Positions 8,529-15,985 of a DNA stretch of 24,821 bases are shown here, piece by piece. A program made the position numbers and the translations under genes. This DNA comes from a virus. Lineage: Duplodnaviria > Heunggongvirae > Uroviricota > Caudoviricetes. Location: the IMG/VR virus record IMGVR_UViG_3300023290_000014; one strand, 5' to 3'. The notes beneath the pieces are model-generated. The model searched no databases. It was given only the letters and a program-made list of their open reading frames with translations, and was not told where the DNA came from. Positions within the stretch are counted from its first letter, which is position 1. Every line of letters starts with the position of its first letter.

Positions 8529-9362
8529 TCAGCAATTGGTCAGAGTGTCAGCGGGGGCGTTACCGCCTGTTGCACGCTGGCGGTAGTCCTGGCGGCTGTC
8601 TTCATGACTCAGCTTATTCACCAGTTCATTAAAGGCGGTTTGCTGCTTCTGCAGAGCAGACTCCAGTTCAGACAGGCGTTCTTCCTGCTCAGACAGAGAT
8701 TTTTCGGTTCGCGCGTTCAGGTTTTGCTGCTCAGTGGCGACCAGCTCCACGGCCTTATGCACATCAGAGAACCGGGCGTCATCGGACTGCTCTTTTTTGG
8801 TGAACAGCGCCGTGACGCGGGAAAACAGGGACGGTTTGTCGTCCTGGACTTCCTCCAGTTCGATCACCGTTTCCTCTGCAGCGGTAAAGAGATTGGCAGG
8901 ATTCTGCTTGCGGTTTGCCAGCGGGTTATGGGCTGCACTGGCGCTGAATGTCAGCATTTCAGTGCCCAGACTGGCAGGGTCATCAGTGGCAGCCAGGCCG
9001 ACCAGGTAGGCTTTGCCCGTATCAGCGAACTTCGGGCTGACTTCCATAGAGGTGAATAATTTCTGGCCTTTTTTCACCAGTTCCACCAGGGACTCCGTTG
9101 GCTCAACGTCGGCATACAGCGCCATCTTGCCTGCCAGCGGACCTTCCGTGATTTCCTCAGCAAACAGCGCCGTCACCTTGCCGTAGCGGTTAAAGGTGCT
9201 GTCCGGCAGATAAGACTTGATGTGCTCAAGGTTAATCAGCGCGGTATACACCGCCGGGTTGTAGCTGGCTGCCATCTGTTCCAGCCATTCACGCTGGATT
9301 TCGCGTCCGTCGGTGGTGGCACCTTCCACCCCGATGCGAAAACGCTTTGCTTTCACTGTCAT
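8529..9362 (-). CDS. O: Capsid scaffolding protein gpO
   Basis: 277-aa ORF, first gene of the O-N-M-L operon and divergent from P. Acidic, coiled-coil-rich C-terminal half typical of scaffold proteins. Confidence 0.85.
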   Translation of the reverse strand: MTVKAKRFRIGVEGATTDGREIQREWLEQMAASYNPAVYTALINLEHIKSYLPDSTFNRYGKVTALFAEEITEGPLAGKMALYADVEPTESLVELVKKGQKLFTSMEVSPKFADTGKAYLVGLAATDDPASLGTEMLTFSASAAHNPLANRKQNPANLFTAAEETVIELEEVQDDKPSLFSRVTALFTKKEQSDDARFSDVHKAVELVATEQQNLNARTEKSLSEQEERLSELESALQKQQTAFNELVNKLSHEDSRQDYRQRATGGNAPADTLTNC

Positions 9363-9440
9363 GAGCCGTGCTCCGTTAAAAAAAACTTACTGGAGCCTTA
9401 TGGTTGCGGTGATGGGGGTAGTGAAACAATGCGCGGTATT

Positions 9441-9458
9441 TGTACCGACAACCACACA
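9441..9458 (-). promoter_or_regulatory. Late-promoter activator dyad TGT-N12-ACA in the O/P divergent region
   Basis: TGTaccgacaaccacACA in the 142-bp O-P intergenic region, centred about 87 nt upstream of the O start codon. Confidence 0.4.
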
Positions 9459-9504
9459 AACCGCAGGCGGGGAAAGCCTTCATTCAAGGCTGTAGGTTTG
9501 TGCC

Positions 9505-11271
9505 ATGAACACCACACTGACACCCGCAGATCTCGATCCCCGTCGGCAGGCCATGCTGCTGTACTTTCAGGGATACCGCGTAGCCCGCATTGCTGAAATG
9601 CTGGGCGAGAAAGTTGCAACCGTTCACAGCTGGAAAAAACGCGACAAGTGGGGTGACTATGGGCCGCTGGATCAGATGCAGCTCACCACCGCCGCACGCT
9701 ACTGCCAGCTCATTATGAAGGAGCACAAAGAAGGGAAAGATTTCAAAGAGATTGACCTGCTGGCGCGCCAGTCGGAGCGCCACGCGCGGATCGGCAAGTT
9801 TAACAATGGCGGCAACGAAGCCGACTTAAACCCTAACGTCGCCAACCGCAACAAAAGCCCGCGCCGTCAGCCGGAAAAGAATGTTTTCACCGATGAACAG
9901 ATTGAGAAACTGGAAGAAATCTTCCATTCCTCTATGTTCAACTACCAGCGCCACTGGTGGGAAGCCGGAAAAACCAACCGCATCCGCAACCTGCTGAAGT
10001 CACGCCAGATCGGCGCGACCTTTTACTTTGCCCGTGAAGCCCTGATTGACGCCCTTCTGACCGGACGTAACCAGATTTTCCTTTCCGCCAGTAAGGCACA
10101 GGCCCACGTTTTTAAACAGTACATCATCGACTTCGCCAAAGAAGTGGAGGTGGAGCTGAAAGGCGATCCGATGGTGCTTCCCAACGGGGCCACACTGTAT
10201 TTCCTCGGCACCAATGCCCGCACGGCCCAGAGTTACCACGGCAACCTGTATCTGGATGAATATTTCTGGATACCGAAATTCCAGGAGCTGCGCAAAGTGG
10301 CTTCCGGTATGGCTATTCACAAAAAATGGCGACAAACCTATTTTTCCACGCCATCAAGCCTTACCCACAGTGCTTATCCGTTCTGGTCCGGTGCGCTGTT
10401 CAACCGTGGCCGCAACAAAGCCGACAAGGTGGACATTGACCTGTCACACAACAATCTGGCCCCCGGCCTGCTGTGTGCAGACGGGCAATACCGCCAGATA
10501 GTCACCGTGGAAGATGCAGTGCGCGGCGGCTGTAACCTTTTCGACCTCGATCAGTTGCGCATGGAGTACAGCCCGGACGAATACCAGAACCTGCTGATGT
10601 GCGAGTTTGTGGACGATCTCGCGTCCGTGTTCCCGCTCAGCGAGCTGCAGGCGTGCATGGTGGACAGCTGGGAAGTCTGGACCGACTTTCATGCACTGGC
10701 CCTTCGCCCGTTTGGCTGGCGCGAAGTGTGGATCGGTTATGACCCGGCAAAAGGTACGCAGAACGGCGACAGCGCCGGATGCGTGGTGGTGGCACCGCCA
10801 GCCGTGCCGGGCGGTAAGTTCCGCATTCTTGAGCGTCACCAGTGGCGCGGGATGGACTTCCGCGCCCAGGCGGACGCCATCAAAAAATTGACCGAACAGT
10901 ACAACGTGACCTATATCGGCATCGACTCGACCGGCGTCGGTCACGGGGTTTATGAGAACGTGAAAGCGTTCTTTCCTGCCGTCCGGGAGTTTGTCTACAA
11001 CCCCAATGTTAAAAACGCCCTGGTACTCAAGGCCTACGACATTATCAGCCACCGCCGTCTGGAGTTTGACGCCGGGCACACCGACATTGCGCAGTCATTT
11101 ATGGCAATCCGTCGCGCCACCACCGCCAGCGGCAACCGCCCGACCTATGAAGCCAGCCGCAGCGAAGAAGCCAGCCACGCCGATCTGGCCTGGGCAACAA
11201 TGCACGCACTGTTTAACGAACCGCTTCAGGGCGAATCCGCCAATACCAGCAATATTGTGGAGATTTTTTGA
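9505..11271 (+). CDS. P: Terminase ATPase (large) subunit gpP
   Basis: 588-aa ORF divergent from O, with N-terminus (MNTTLTPADLDPRRQAMLLYFQGYRVARIAEMLGE...) matching P2/186 terminase ATPase as recalled. Overlaps Q start (ATGA). Confidence 0.9.
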   Translation: MNTTLTPADLDPRRQAMLLYFQGYRVARIAEMLGEKVATVHSWKKRDKWGDYGPLDQMQLTTAARYCQLIMKEHKEGKDFKEIDLLARQSERHARIGKFNNGGNEADLNPNVANRNKSPRRQPEKNVFTDEQIEKLEEIFHSSMFNYQRHWWEAGKTNRIRNLLKSRQIGATFYFAREALIDALLTGRNQIFLSASKAQAHVFKQYIIDFAKEVEVELKGDPMVLPNGATLYFLGTNARTAQSYHGNLYLDEYFWIPKFQELRKVASGMAIHKKWRQTYFSTPSSLTHSAYPFWSGALFNRGRNKADKVDIDLSHNNLAPGLLCADGQYRQIVTVEDAVRGGCNLFDLDQLRMEYSPDEYQNLLMCEFVDDLASVFPLSELQACMVDSWEVWTDFHALALRPFGWREVWIGYDPAKGTQNGDSAGCVVVAPPAVPGGKFRILERHQWRGMDFRAQADAIKKLTEQYNVTYIGIDSTGVGHGVYENVKAFFPAVREFVYNPNVKNALVLKAYDIISHRRLEFDAGHTDIAQSFMAIRRATTASGNRPTYEASRSEEASHADLAWATMHALFNEPLQGESANTSNIVEIF

Positions 11272-12302
11272 TGGGAAAGAGTAAGAAGAACCGCGCTGCG
11301 GCGACGAAACAGATCCAGCTTAAAAGTCAAACTACAGCCGAAGCATTCAGCTTCGGCGATCCCGTTCCTGTTCTGGACCGCCGAGAACTGCTGGATTATG
11401 TGGAATGCGTACAGATGGACCGCTGGTATGAGCCGCCCGTCAGCTTTGACGGACTGGCGCGCACCTTCCGCGCTGCCGTGCATCATAGTTCCCCGATTGC
11501 AGTAAAGTGCAACATTCTGACCAGCACCTACATCCCTCACCCGCTGCTCAGCCAGCAGGCTTTTTCGCGTTTTGTGCAGGACTATCTGGTATTTGGTAAC
11601 GCCTACCTGGAGAAACGCACGAACCGCTTCGGTGAAGTTATCGCCCTTGAACCTGCCCTGGCAAAATACACCCGACGCGGGTTAGACCTGGATACCTACT
11701 GGTTTGTGCAATACGGTATGACAACCCAGCCGTATCAGTTCACGAAAGGCAGCATTTTTCATCTGATGGAGCCGGACATCAACCAGGAGATCTACGGCCT
11801 GCCCGGTTATCTTTCTGCCATTCCGTCCGCCCTGCTCAACGAGTCCGCCACGCTGTTCCGCCGCAAGTATTACATTAACGGCAGTCATGCAGGCTTCATC
11901 ATGTACATGACCGATGCCGCGCAGAACCAGGAGGATGTGAACAACCTCCGCAATGCGATGAAAAGCGCCAAAGGCCCTGGCAACTTCCGCAATCTGTTTA
12001 TGTACTCGCCTAACGGCAAAAAGGACGGACTTCAGATTATCCCGTTGTCAGAAGTCGCAGCGAAGGATGAGTTTCTGAATATCAAGAACGTGAGCCGTGA
12101 TGACATGATGGCTGCGCACCGCGTGCCGCCGCAAATGATGGGGATAATGCCTAATAATGTTGGGGGGTTTGGGGATGTGGAGAAGGCTAGTAAGGTATTC
12201 GTAAGAAACGAATTGATATCAATGCAAAAACGGATCAAGGAGATTAATGTCTGGTTAGGTACAGATATTATCGCATTTACAGAATATAACTTAGATATGT
12301 AA
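11268..12302 (+). CDS. Q: Portal (capsid vertex) protein gpQ
   Basis: 344-aa ORF, the exact length of P2 gpQ, translationally coupled to P. Confidence 0.9.
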   Translation: MMGKSKKNRAAATKQIQLKSQTTAEAFSFGDPVPVLDRRELLDYVECVQMDRWYEPPVSFDGLARTFRAAVHHSSPIAVKCNILTSTYIPHPLLSQQAFSRFVQDYLVFGNAYLEKRTNRFGEVIALEPALAKYTRRGLDLDTYWFVQYGMTTQPYQFTKGSIFHLMEPDINQEIYGLPGYLSAIPSALLNESATLFRRKYYINGSHAGFIMYMTDAAQNQEDVNNLRNAMKSAKGPGNFRNLFMYSPNGKKDGLQIIPLSEVAAKDEFLNIKNVSRDDMMAAHRVPPQMMGIMPNNVGGFGDVEKASKVFVRNELISMQKRIKEINVWLGTDIIAFTEYNLDM

Positions 12303-12317
12303 TCGTCCCACAATACA

Positions 12318-12341
12318 AGGCAAAGAGCATACTCTTTGCCT
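12318..12341. terminator. Hairpin between convergent Q and reverse transcriptase genes (possible bidirectional terminator)
   Basis: Stem ggcaaagag/ctctttgcc (9 bp) with a 4-nt loop (cata), sitting in the 49-bp gap between the two convergent stop codons. No clear T-run on either side. Confidence 0.35.
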
Positions 12342-12351
12342 GTAATTACAG

Positions 12352-14109
12352 TTATACTTTGCACCTCTTTGAATAATCTGCAATAATTTCCTCAATACCA
12401 TCAAAAATAACTTTAAACCTTTCAAAACTAATTGTTTTACAATTTGCCTTTATAACCTTTGTTGAAAACACATGCTTACCATATTCTGTTTTTGTATCCG
12501 TATCATTAGATTTATTAAATGTCTTTCCATCAAGCACCGTTGATAGTACCGTGCTATCAAATAAATCCTCCATACAAGACTCTTTCCCTCCAGGAAGCAA
12601 TGGTGTTAATAACAAATAGAGATTGTCAAATATGTGGGTATACCTTGCCTTACGAATAGTATCAACATCATTTGGACAATTTTTTACTTTATCCTTTAAG
12701 TGATTTAATAAATCTTTAGGGCCTGAGTCATTATCAAGAAGCATAATAACAGGGTGCTTTGGTTTAAATTTCTCGAACCTCTTTTTTTGTTCTTGGTATC
12801 TTAATATAAATCTTTTGAAGTCTGTAGCACCGCCAGAAATGTCAAGAAAATAGCTTGTTTTTTCAGTTGCTTTAAAAAAATTAACACGATACTCATTTTT
12901 AGAGCTATCATCAGAAGAATTAAACAATAAAGGATATGAATTCGCCAATGACTTCAAAGCACACTTTAAATATACACGGTCTGTTTTACCCTCAGTGAGT
13001 ATTGTTGGCATTTCCATTCCATGAAAATTTTTATAGTATAGAAAATAACTGTAGGCTTTTTCTCTCGAATTCAATTTTGCAGTGTAGTTTAATCCATGAT
13101 TTACACTTTGGTACTTTTCCAACTGTCTTGCGTTCTTTAGTTTTAAATTATTATATTTATCTATTGAGTCAATGAATCCAAAACGGCCTTCTAATTTAGC
13201 ACATGTACCTTTTTCAATCTTTCCTGATTCAGTAACAATAACAAAAGAACCATCTTTATAAAGAGAATGAGCCATGGCACGCGTTACTTTTGCATATTCT
13301 TTGCCAACATTCACTTTTTTATTAACAGTCAACCCAGTAACATCTTGTCGTGATGTTTTATAACAAACCCTTGTCTTTTTATCATTTATTTTAAAGCCAG
13401 CCTTTATAATCTCTTTAATTAAAGTTGGACTTAGGGTTACAGACTCTCCGCCAACATCAGCAATCTCTTTTGGAAATGTTTTTTTATTAGTTGAAAATGT
13501 AAGATCATCAGCATACCGTGAATAATTGCATCCGTATTTCTTTGCTAACTTTGATAATCTTATATCAAGAACTCCACTAATTAAGTTACTTATAATTGGA
13601 GAGCATGGGCTTCCTTGAGGAAGTCCATTCTGAAAACATGCAATTTGTGCGATCGTTGTAGCAACAGTATTATTTAATCTAAAATCTCTGTTTGATAAGA
13701 AAAAACCTCTAACACGTCCAAAATTAAAACTATCAAAATAATCCTCAAGGTCTATATTTAGTAGTAGCGTTTTACCTCTATGCCGTTCAGCATGCGTAAT
13801 AATTGACTTTTCTTTTTCAAACCCATGAGATAAAACTGGATTAATATTATATTTTTTATAAATTTCTGCACGACATAAATATAAAACATCAGCTAATCTA
13901 CGTTGAATATCTTTGAGCTTAGTGGTAGGTGCTGATATGACTCTCGGCGCTCCGTTTTTTTTAGGGATAGTAAATTGTGTATACTGCGTTTCAGCTTTTA
14001 AACGATAAATAACATCCGTAAGAAAAGCAGTTTTAAGATTCAAGATACTAGCCAAATCTTGCCTGTTAGCAGCGTTTTGTAAACGTTCTAAAATTGATAG
14101 GGGTGCCAT
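12352..14109 (-). CDS. Retron-type reverse transcriptase fused to a C-terminal TOPRIM-like domain
   Basis: 585-aa ORF with the RT active-site motif YADD (NYSRYADDLTFS) and the retron-typical VTG motif (QDVTGLTVN). C-terminal extension carries TOPRIM-like acidic motifs (ILTEGKTDRVYL and VIMLLDNDSGPKD). Visibly AT-rich compared with flanking phage genes. Confidence 0.8.
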   Translation of the reverse strand: MAPLSILERLQNAANRQDLASILNLKTAFLTDVIYRLKAETQYTQFTIPKKNGAPRVISAPTTKLKDIQRRLADVLYLCRAEIYKKYNINPVLSHGFEKEKSIITHAERHRGKTLLLNIDLEDYFDSFNFGRVRGFFLSNRDFRLNNTVATTIAQIACFQNGLPQGSPCSPIISNLISGVLDIRLSKLAKKYGCNYSRYADDLTFSTNKKTFPKEIADVGGESVTLSPTLIKEIIKAGFKINDKKTRVCYKTSRQDVTGLTVNKKVNVGKEYAKVTRAMAHSLYKDGSFVIVTESGKIEKGTCAKLEGRFGFIDSIDKYNNLKLKNARQLEKYQSVNHGLNYTAKLNSREKAYSYFLYYKNFHGMEMPTILTEGKTDRVYLKCALKSLANSYPLLFNSSDDSSKNEYRVNFFKATEKTSYFLDISGGATDFKRFILRYQEQKKRFEKFKPKHPVIMLLDNDSGPKDLLNHLKDKVKNCPNDVDTIRKARYTHIFDNLYLLLTPLLPGGKESCMEDLFDSTVLSTVLDGKTFNKSNDTDTKTEYGKHVFSTKVIKANCKTISFERFKVIFDGIEEIIADYSKRCKV

Positions 14110-14144
14110 ATCTAAAAATCAACCTTGATTATCAGTTAGGGTAG

Positions 14145-14275
14145 GCACATGTAGGCACTCTTACGCAAAGCATAGGACAGCCCAAGAATGGCTACAAGGA
14201 TGTCAGAAGGCGAATCCATCTAACATTTAGATCACTGATTGCGATACCACAACCAACAAATCTGCCTACATGTGC
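14145..14275 (-). ncRNA. Candidate retron msr-msd non-coding RNA bounded by a1/a2 inverted repeats
   Basis: Perfect 13-bp inverted repeat (plus strand gcacatgtaggca at 14145-14157 and tgcctacatgtgc at 14263-14275) separated by 105 nt, immediately upstream of the RT start on the same strand. This is the canonical retron arrangement. Exact RNA ends are not determinable from sequence. Confidence 0.5.
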
Positions 14276-14356
14276 ATGCTTAAGCTACCATGATCATTTA
14301 AGAATGTGAAGAACCGTTAACAGTTTTGAAAGAGCCAGATCATAGCATTGCGCGCG

Positions 14357-14375
14357 CTCGTATCCCCGCCACGCC
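14357..14375 (-). other. Candidate cos site (cohesive-end region)
   Basis: Minus strand reads GGCGTGGCGGGGATACGAGCGCGCGC. The first 13 nt match the start of the P2/186 19-nt cohesive end as I recall it (GGCGAGGCGGGGAAAGCAC / GGCGTGGCGGGGAAAGCAT). Orientation relative to Q is as in P2. From memory only. Confidence 0.35.
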
Positions 14376-14420
14376 TGCCCGCTTTGTGTAGTGGTTTTCA
14401 TGCACCTGCATGACATAAGC

Positions 14421-14444
14421 AAAAGCCCGCCAGCTCTGGCGGGC
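14421..14444 (-). terminator. Rho-independent terminator downstream of the HNH-motif gene
   Basis: On the minus strand, GC-rich stem GCCCGCCAG/CTGGCGGGC followed directly by TTTTGCTT. Confidence 0.5.
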
Positions 14445-14557
14445 ATCAGCAAAAACGATCCTCAAACGATCATGCGATTTCATGCGGCATAGACATGCGT
14501 TGGCAAAAATGTACGAAATACTCAGCTTATAGGAAATGGTCTTTTTCCAACCTCCAG

Positions 14558-15277
14558 TTAGCCAAAGCAGAAACCAATATTGCAATTTGAAACTCCACAG
14601 TTGTGAAATTGATGTGGACCTACTCTTAGCTTGTGTTCGTCTCCTACAATCCGAGTCCCCTTAACCAACATATCTAATCTTTCCACAATCAATCTTTCAG
14701 GCGCATCAACTTTAATAATTAAACGAGGACCTTTCCTTTTTTCTATAATAGTTATTCTAGGACCGACAACCTGAACATCCCAATGCCTTGCACTACAAAC
14801 CCACTCATTCTTAATTAATTCAAGATTAACAATACCTTGACTATCGTAAAATTTACCCGAAATAAGAAAAGCATTATTTTCTTTTTCAATGGTTAACAAT
14901 GGCTCATTTTGAAACATTATTGGTACAGTACAGGATTCAAACGTCGCACCACCAAATATTATTGTTGGATGCCTATCAGAAAAGTCCAATATATCGGCCA
15001 CATTCCCTTTTTGTAAGGCTGCAGGAGATTCCATTGCTTTAATTATTTTCTCTTTAGAGTAAAGACGTTTCGTTACTTTCGCATGGCACGTAGGACAAAG
15101 TAGTGCTATTGCATTTGGAGAGTGCTCCTTTGCATCAGCGTATGTGGGAATTACATGCTCATACTCAACAATGGGAGAAGCACAAACAACGCAACCGAAG
15201 CCACAGCGCTGCCTTACCTCCAGTTTTACAGGTTCAGGAATTGTTCTAGATAACCCATGCTTGTTAATAGTTGTCAT
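14558..15277 (-). CDS. Uncharacterised HNH-motif nuclease-like protein (cargo gene)
   Basis: 239-aa ORF with AAGG/AGGT ribosome-binding site 5-8 nt upstream of ATG. N-terminal HNH-like zinc-binding signature (CGFGCVVCASPIVEYEHVIP...NAIALLCPTCHAKV) and a Cys/His-rich C-terminus (HQFHNCGVSNCNIGFC). AT-rich. Confidence 0.6.
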   Translation of the reverse strand: MTTINKHGLSRTIPEPVKLEVRQRCGFGCVVCASPIVEYEHVIPTYADAKEHSPNAIALLCPTCHAKVTKRLYSKEKIIKAMESPAALQKGNVADILDFSDRHPTIIFGGATFESCTVPIMFQNEPLLTIEKENNAFLISGKFYDSQGIVNLELIKNEWVCSARHWDVQVVGPRITIIEKRKGPRLIIKVDAPERLIVERLDMLVKGTRIVGDEHKLRVGPHQFHNCGVSNCNIGFCFG

Positions 15278-15399
15278 AACCTTACCTTAAAACTTCGAGA
15301 AACCTTTTATATATTGATACTATATCAACTAACGCCTCGCACAGCTCGTTGTTCAACCTTGCTGACGCCAGAAGCAAGTTCAGACGCCAGCAACGTTTC

Positions 15400-15633
15400 T
15401 TAATGCAGCCAGCTGTCGTCTTCCCACACCTTCTGCATAATTTTCATCACTTGCTTCCTTTCTTCGTCCAGTTGCAGTCCGGTCAGTTCCACACCGTTAG
15501 AGCTACCTTTGCGGATGCGAATTACCGTTTTTGGATATAGGGGGCGCAGATTGCGGTAAAGCTCGGATTCAAGGGCGTCCAGGGTAGACTGGCTAATCTT
15601 CTGCTCTTTATCGATCATTATTTCAATGCGCAT
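15400..15633 (-). CDS. DinI-like protein (resembles C-terminal module of 186 Tum antirepressor)
   Basis: Start at internal ATG 15633 with GAGGTG ribosome-binding site. The 77-aa product (MRIEIMIDKEQKISQSTLDALESELYRNLRPLYPK...KVWEDDSWLH) has the DinI-family pattern. Confidence 0.65.
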   Translation of the reverse strand: MRIEIMIDKEQKISQSTLDALESELYRNLRPLYPKTVIRIRKGSSNGVELTGLQLDEERKQVMKIMQKVWEDDSWLH

Positions 15634-15643
15634 AAAAGTCACC

Positions 15644-15832
15644 TCAGCTGATGACATCCATTGAGCGGTTGTATTCGTGGGTTCTGATTTTTGCCATGAG
15701 TTCATCTGTCAGTTCAGAAACCCACTGCAAAGCCAGCCCCTTCTCTTCATCACTACACTCACTAGCCGCTACAAGCTTAAGAAAAAAATCAATGCGCTGG
15801 AGCTTCAAAGACTCCAAAAAATAGTCCTGCAT
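15644..15832 (-). CDS. Small protein upstream of DinI-like gene (possible Tum N-terminal module)
   Basis: ATG at 15832 is preceded by GGAGGAAAG. The 62-aa ORF ends 10 nt before the DinI-like start, in a different frame. The longer 96-aa version in the ORF track would run through the LexA box and is less likely. Confidence 0.4.
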   Translation of the reverse strand: MQDYFLESLKLQRIDFFLKLVAASECSDEEKGLALQWVSELTDELMAKIRTHEYNRSMDVIS

Positions 15833-15874
15833 CTTTCCTCCTATGACACCACAAGCAATACTGTATGTATAACC

Positions 15875-15893
15875 ACTGTTTATATTTACAGTA
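15875..15893. promoter_or_regulatory. LexA box (SOS operator) upstream of the tum/DinI-like module
   Basis: aCTGTttatatttACAGta is a perfect CTGT-N8-ACAG with an AT-rich spacer, about 45 bp upstream of the 15832 start codon. Confidence 0.65.
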
Positions 15894-15985
15894 TATAATA
15901 ATCTTACTGATGTAAAACGTTTTTTTACGTTCATCAGCCTGATATGCCTGGTATTATTAAGAGCACGAATTGTTAACCCGCGTAA

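Noticed and set aside
9464-9476. GGCGGGGAAAGC, a 12-nt match to the cos core, in the O/P intergenic region
   Set aside because: The location, inside the divergent late-promoter region between scaffold and terminase genes, is incompatible with the cos position in P2-family genomes. The site at 14357-14375 has the expected position and orientation relative to Q. Kept only as a note in the O/P finding.
10444-11079. 211-aa minus-strand ORF inside the terminase P gene
   Set aside because: Antisense to a confidently assigned conserved gene, with no independent signals.
12352-14109. Reverse transcriptase as a group II intron or as part of a mobile element
   Set aside because: No intron RNA domain structure or flanking exon context is seen, the protein has the retron VTG motif, and it is followed upstream by a1/a2-type inverted repeats rather than intron boundaries. 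No transposase or IS terminal inverted repeats were seen anywhere in the window.
14340-14585. 81-aa minus-strand ORF between the HNH gene and the retron
   Set aside because: It overlaps the HNH gene 3' end, the predicted terminator and the cos-like sequence, has no ribosome-binding site, and its translation has no recognisable features. The region is better explained as non-coding.
15644-15934. Long 96-aa version of the ORF upstream of the DinI-like gene (start at 15934)
   Set aside because: That start would place the LexA box and likely promoter inside the coding sequence. The internal ATG at 15832 has a strong GGAGG ribosome-binding site and lies downstream of the operator.
15901-15960. 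Palindromic segment ctgatg...catcag between the gpA stop and the LexA box as a terminator
   Set aside because: The stem is imperfect and no T-run follows on the transcribed strand. It may be a weak terminator or binding site, but the evidence is insufficient.
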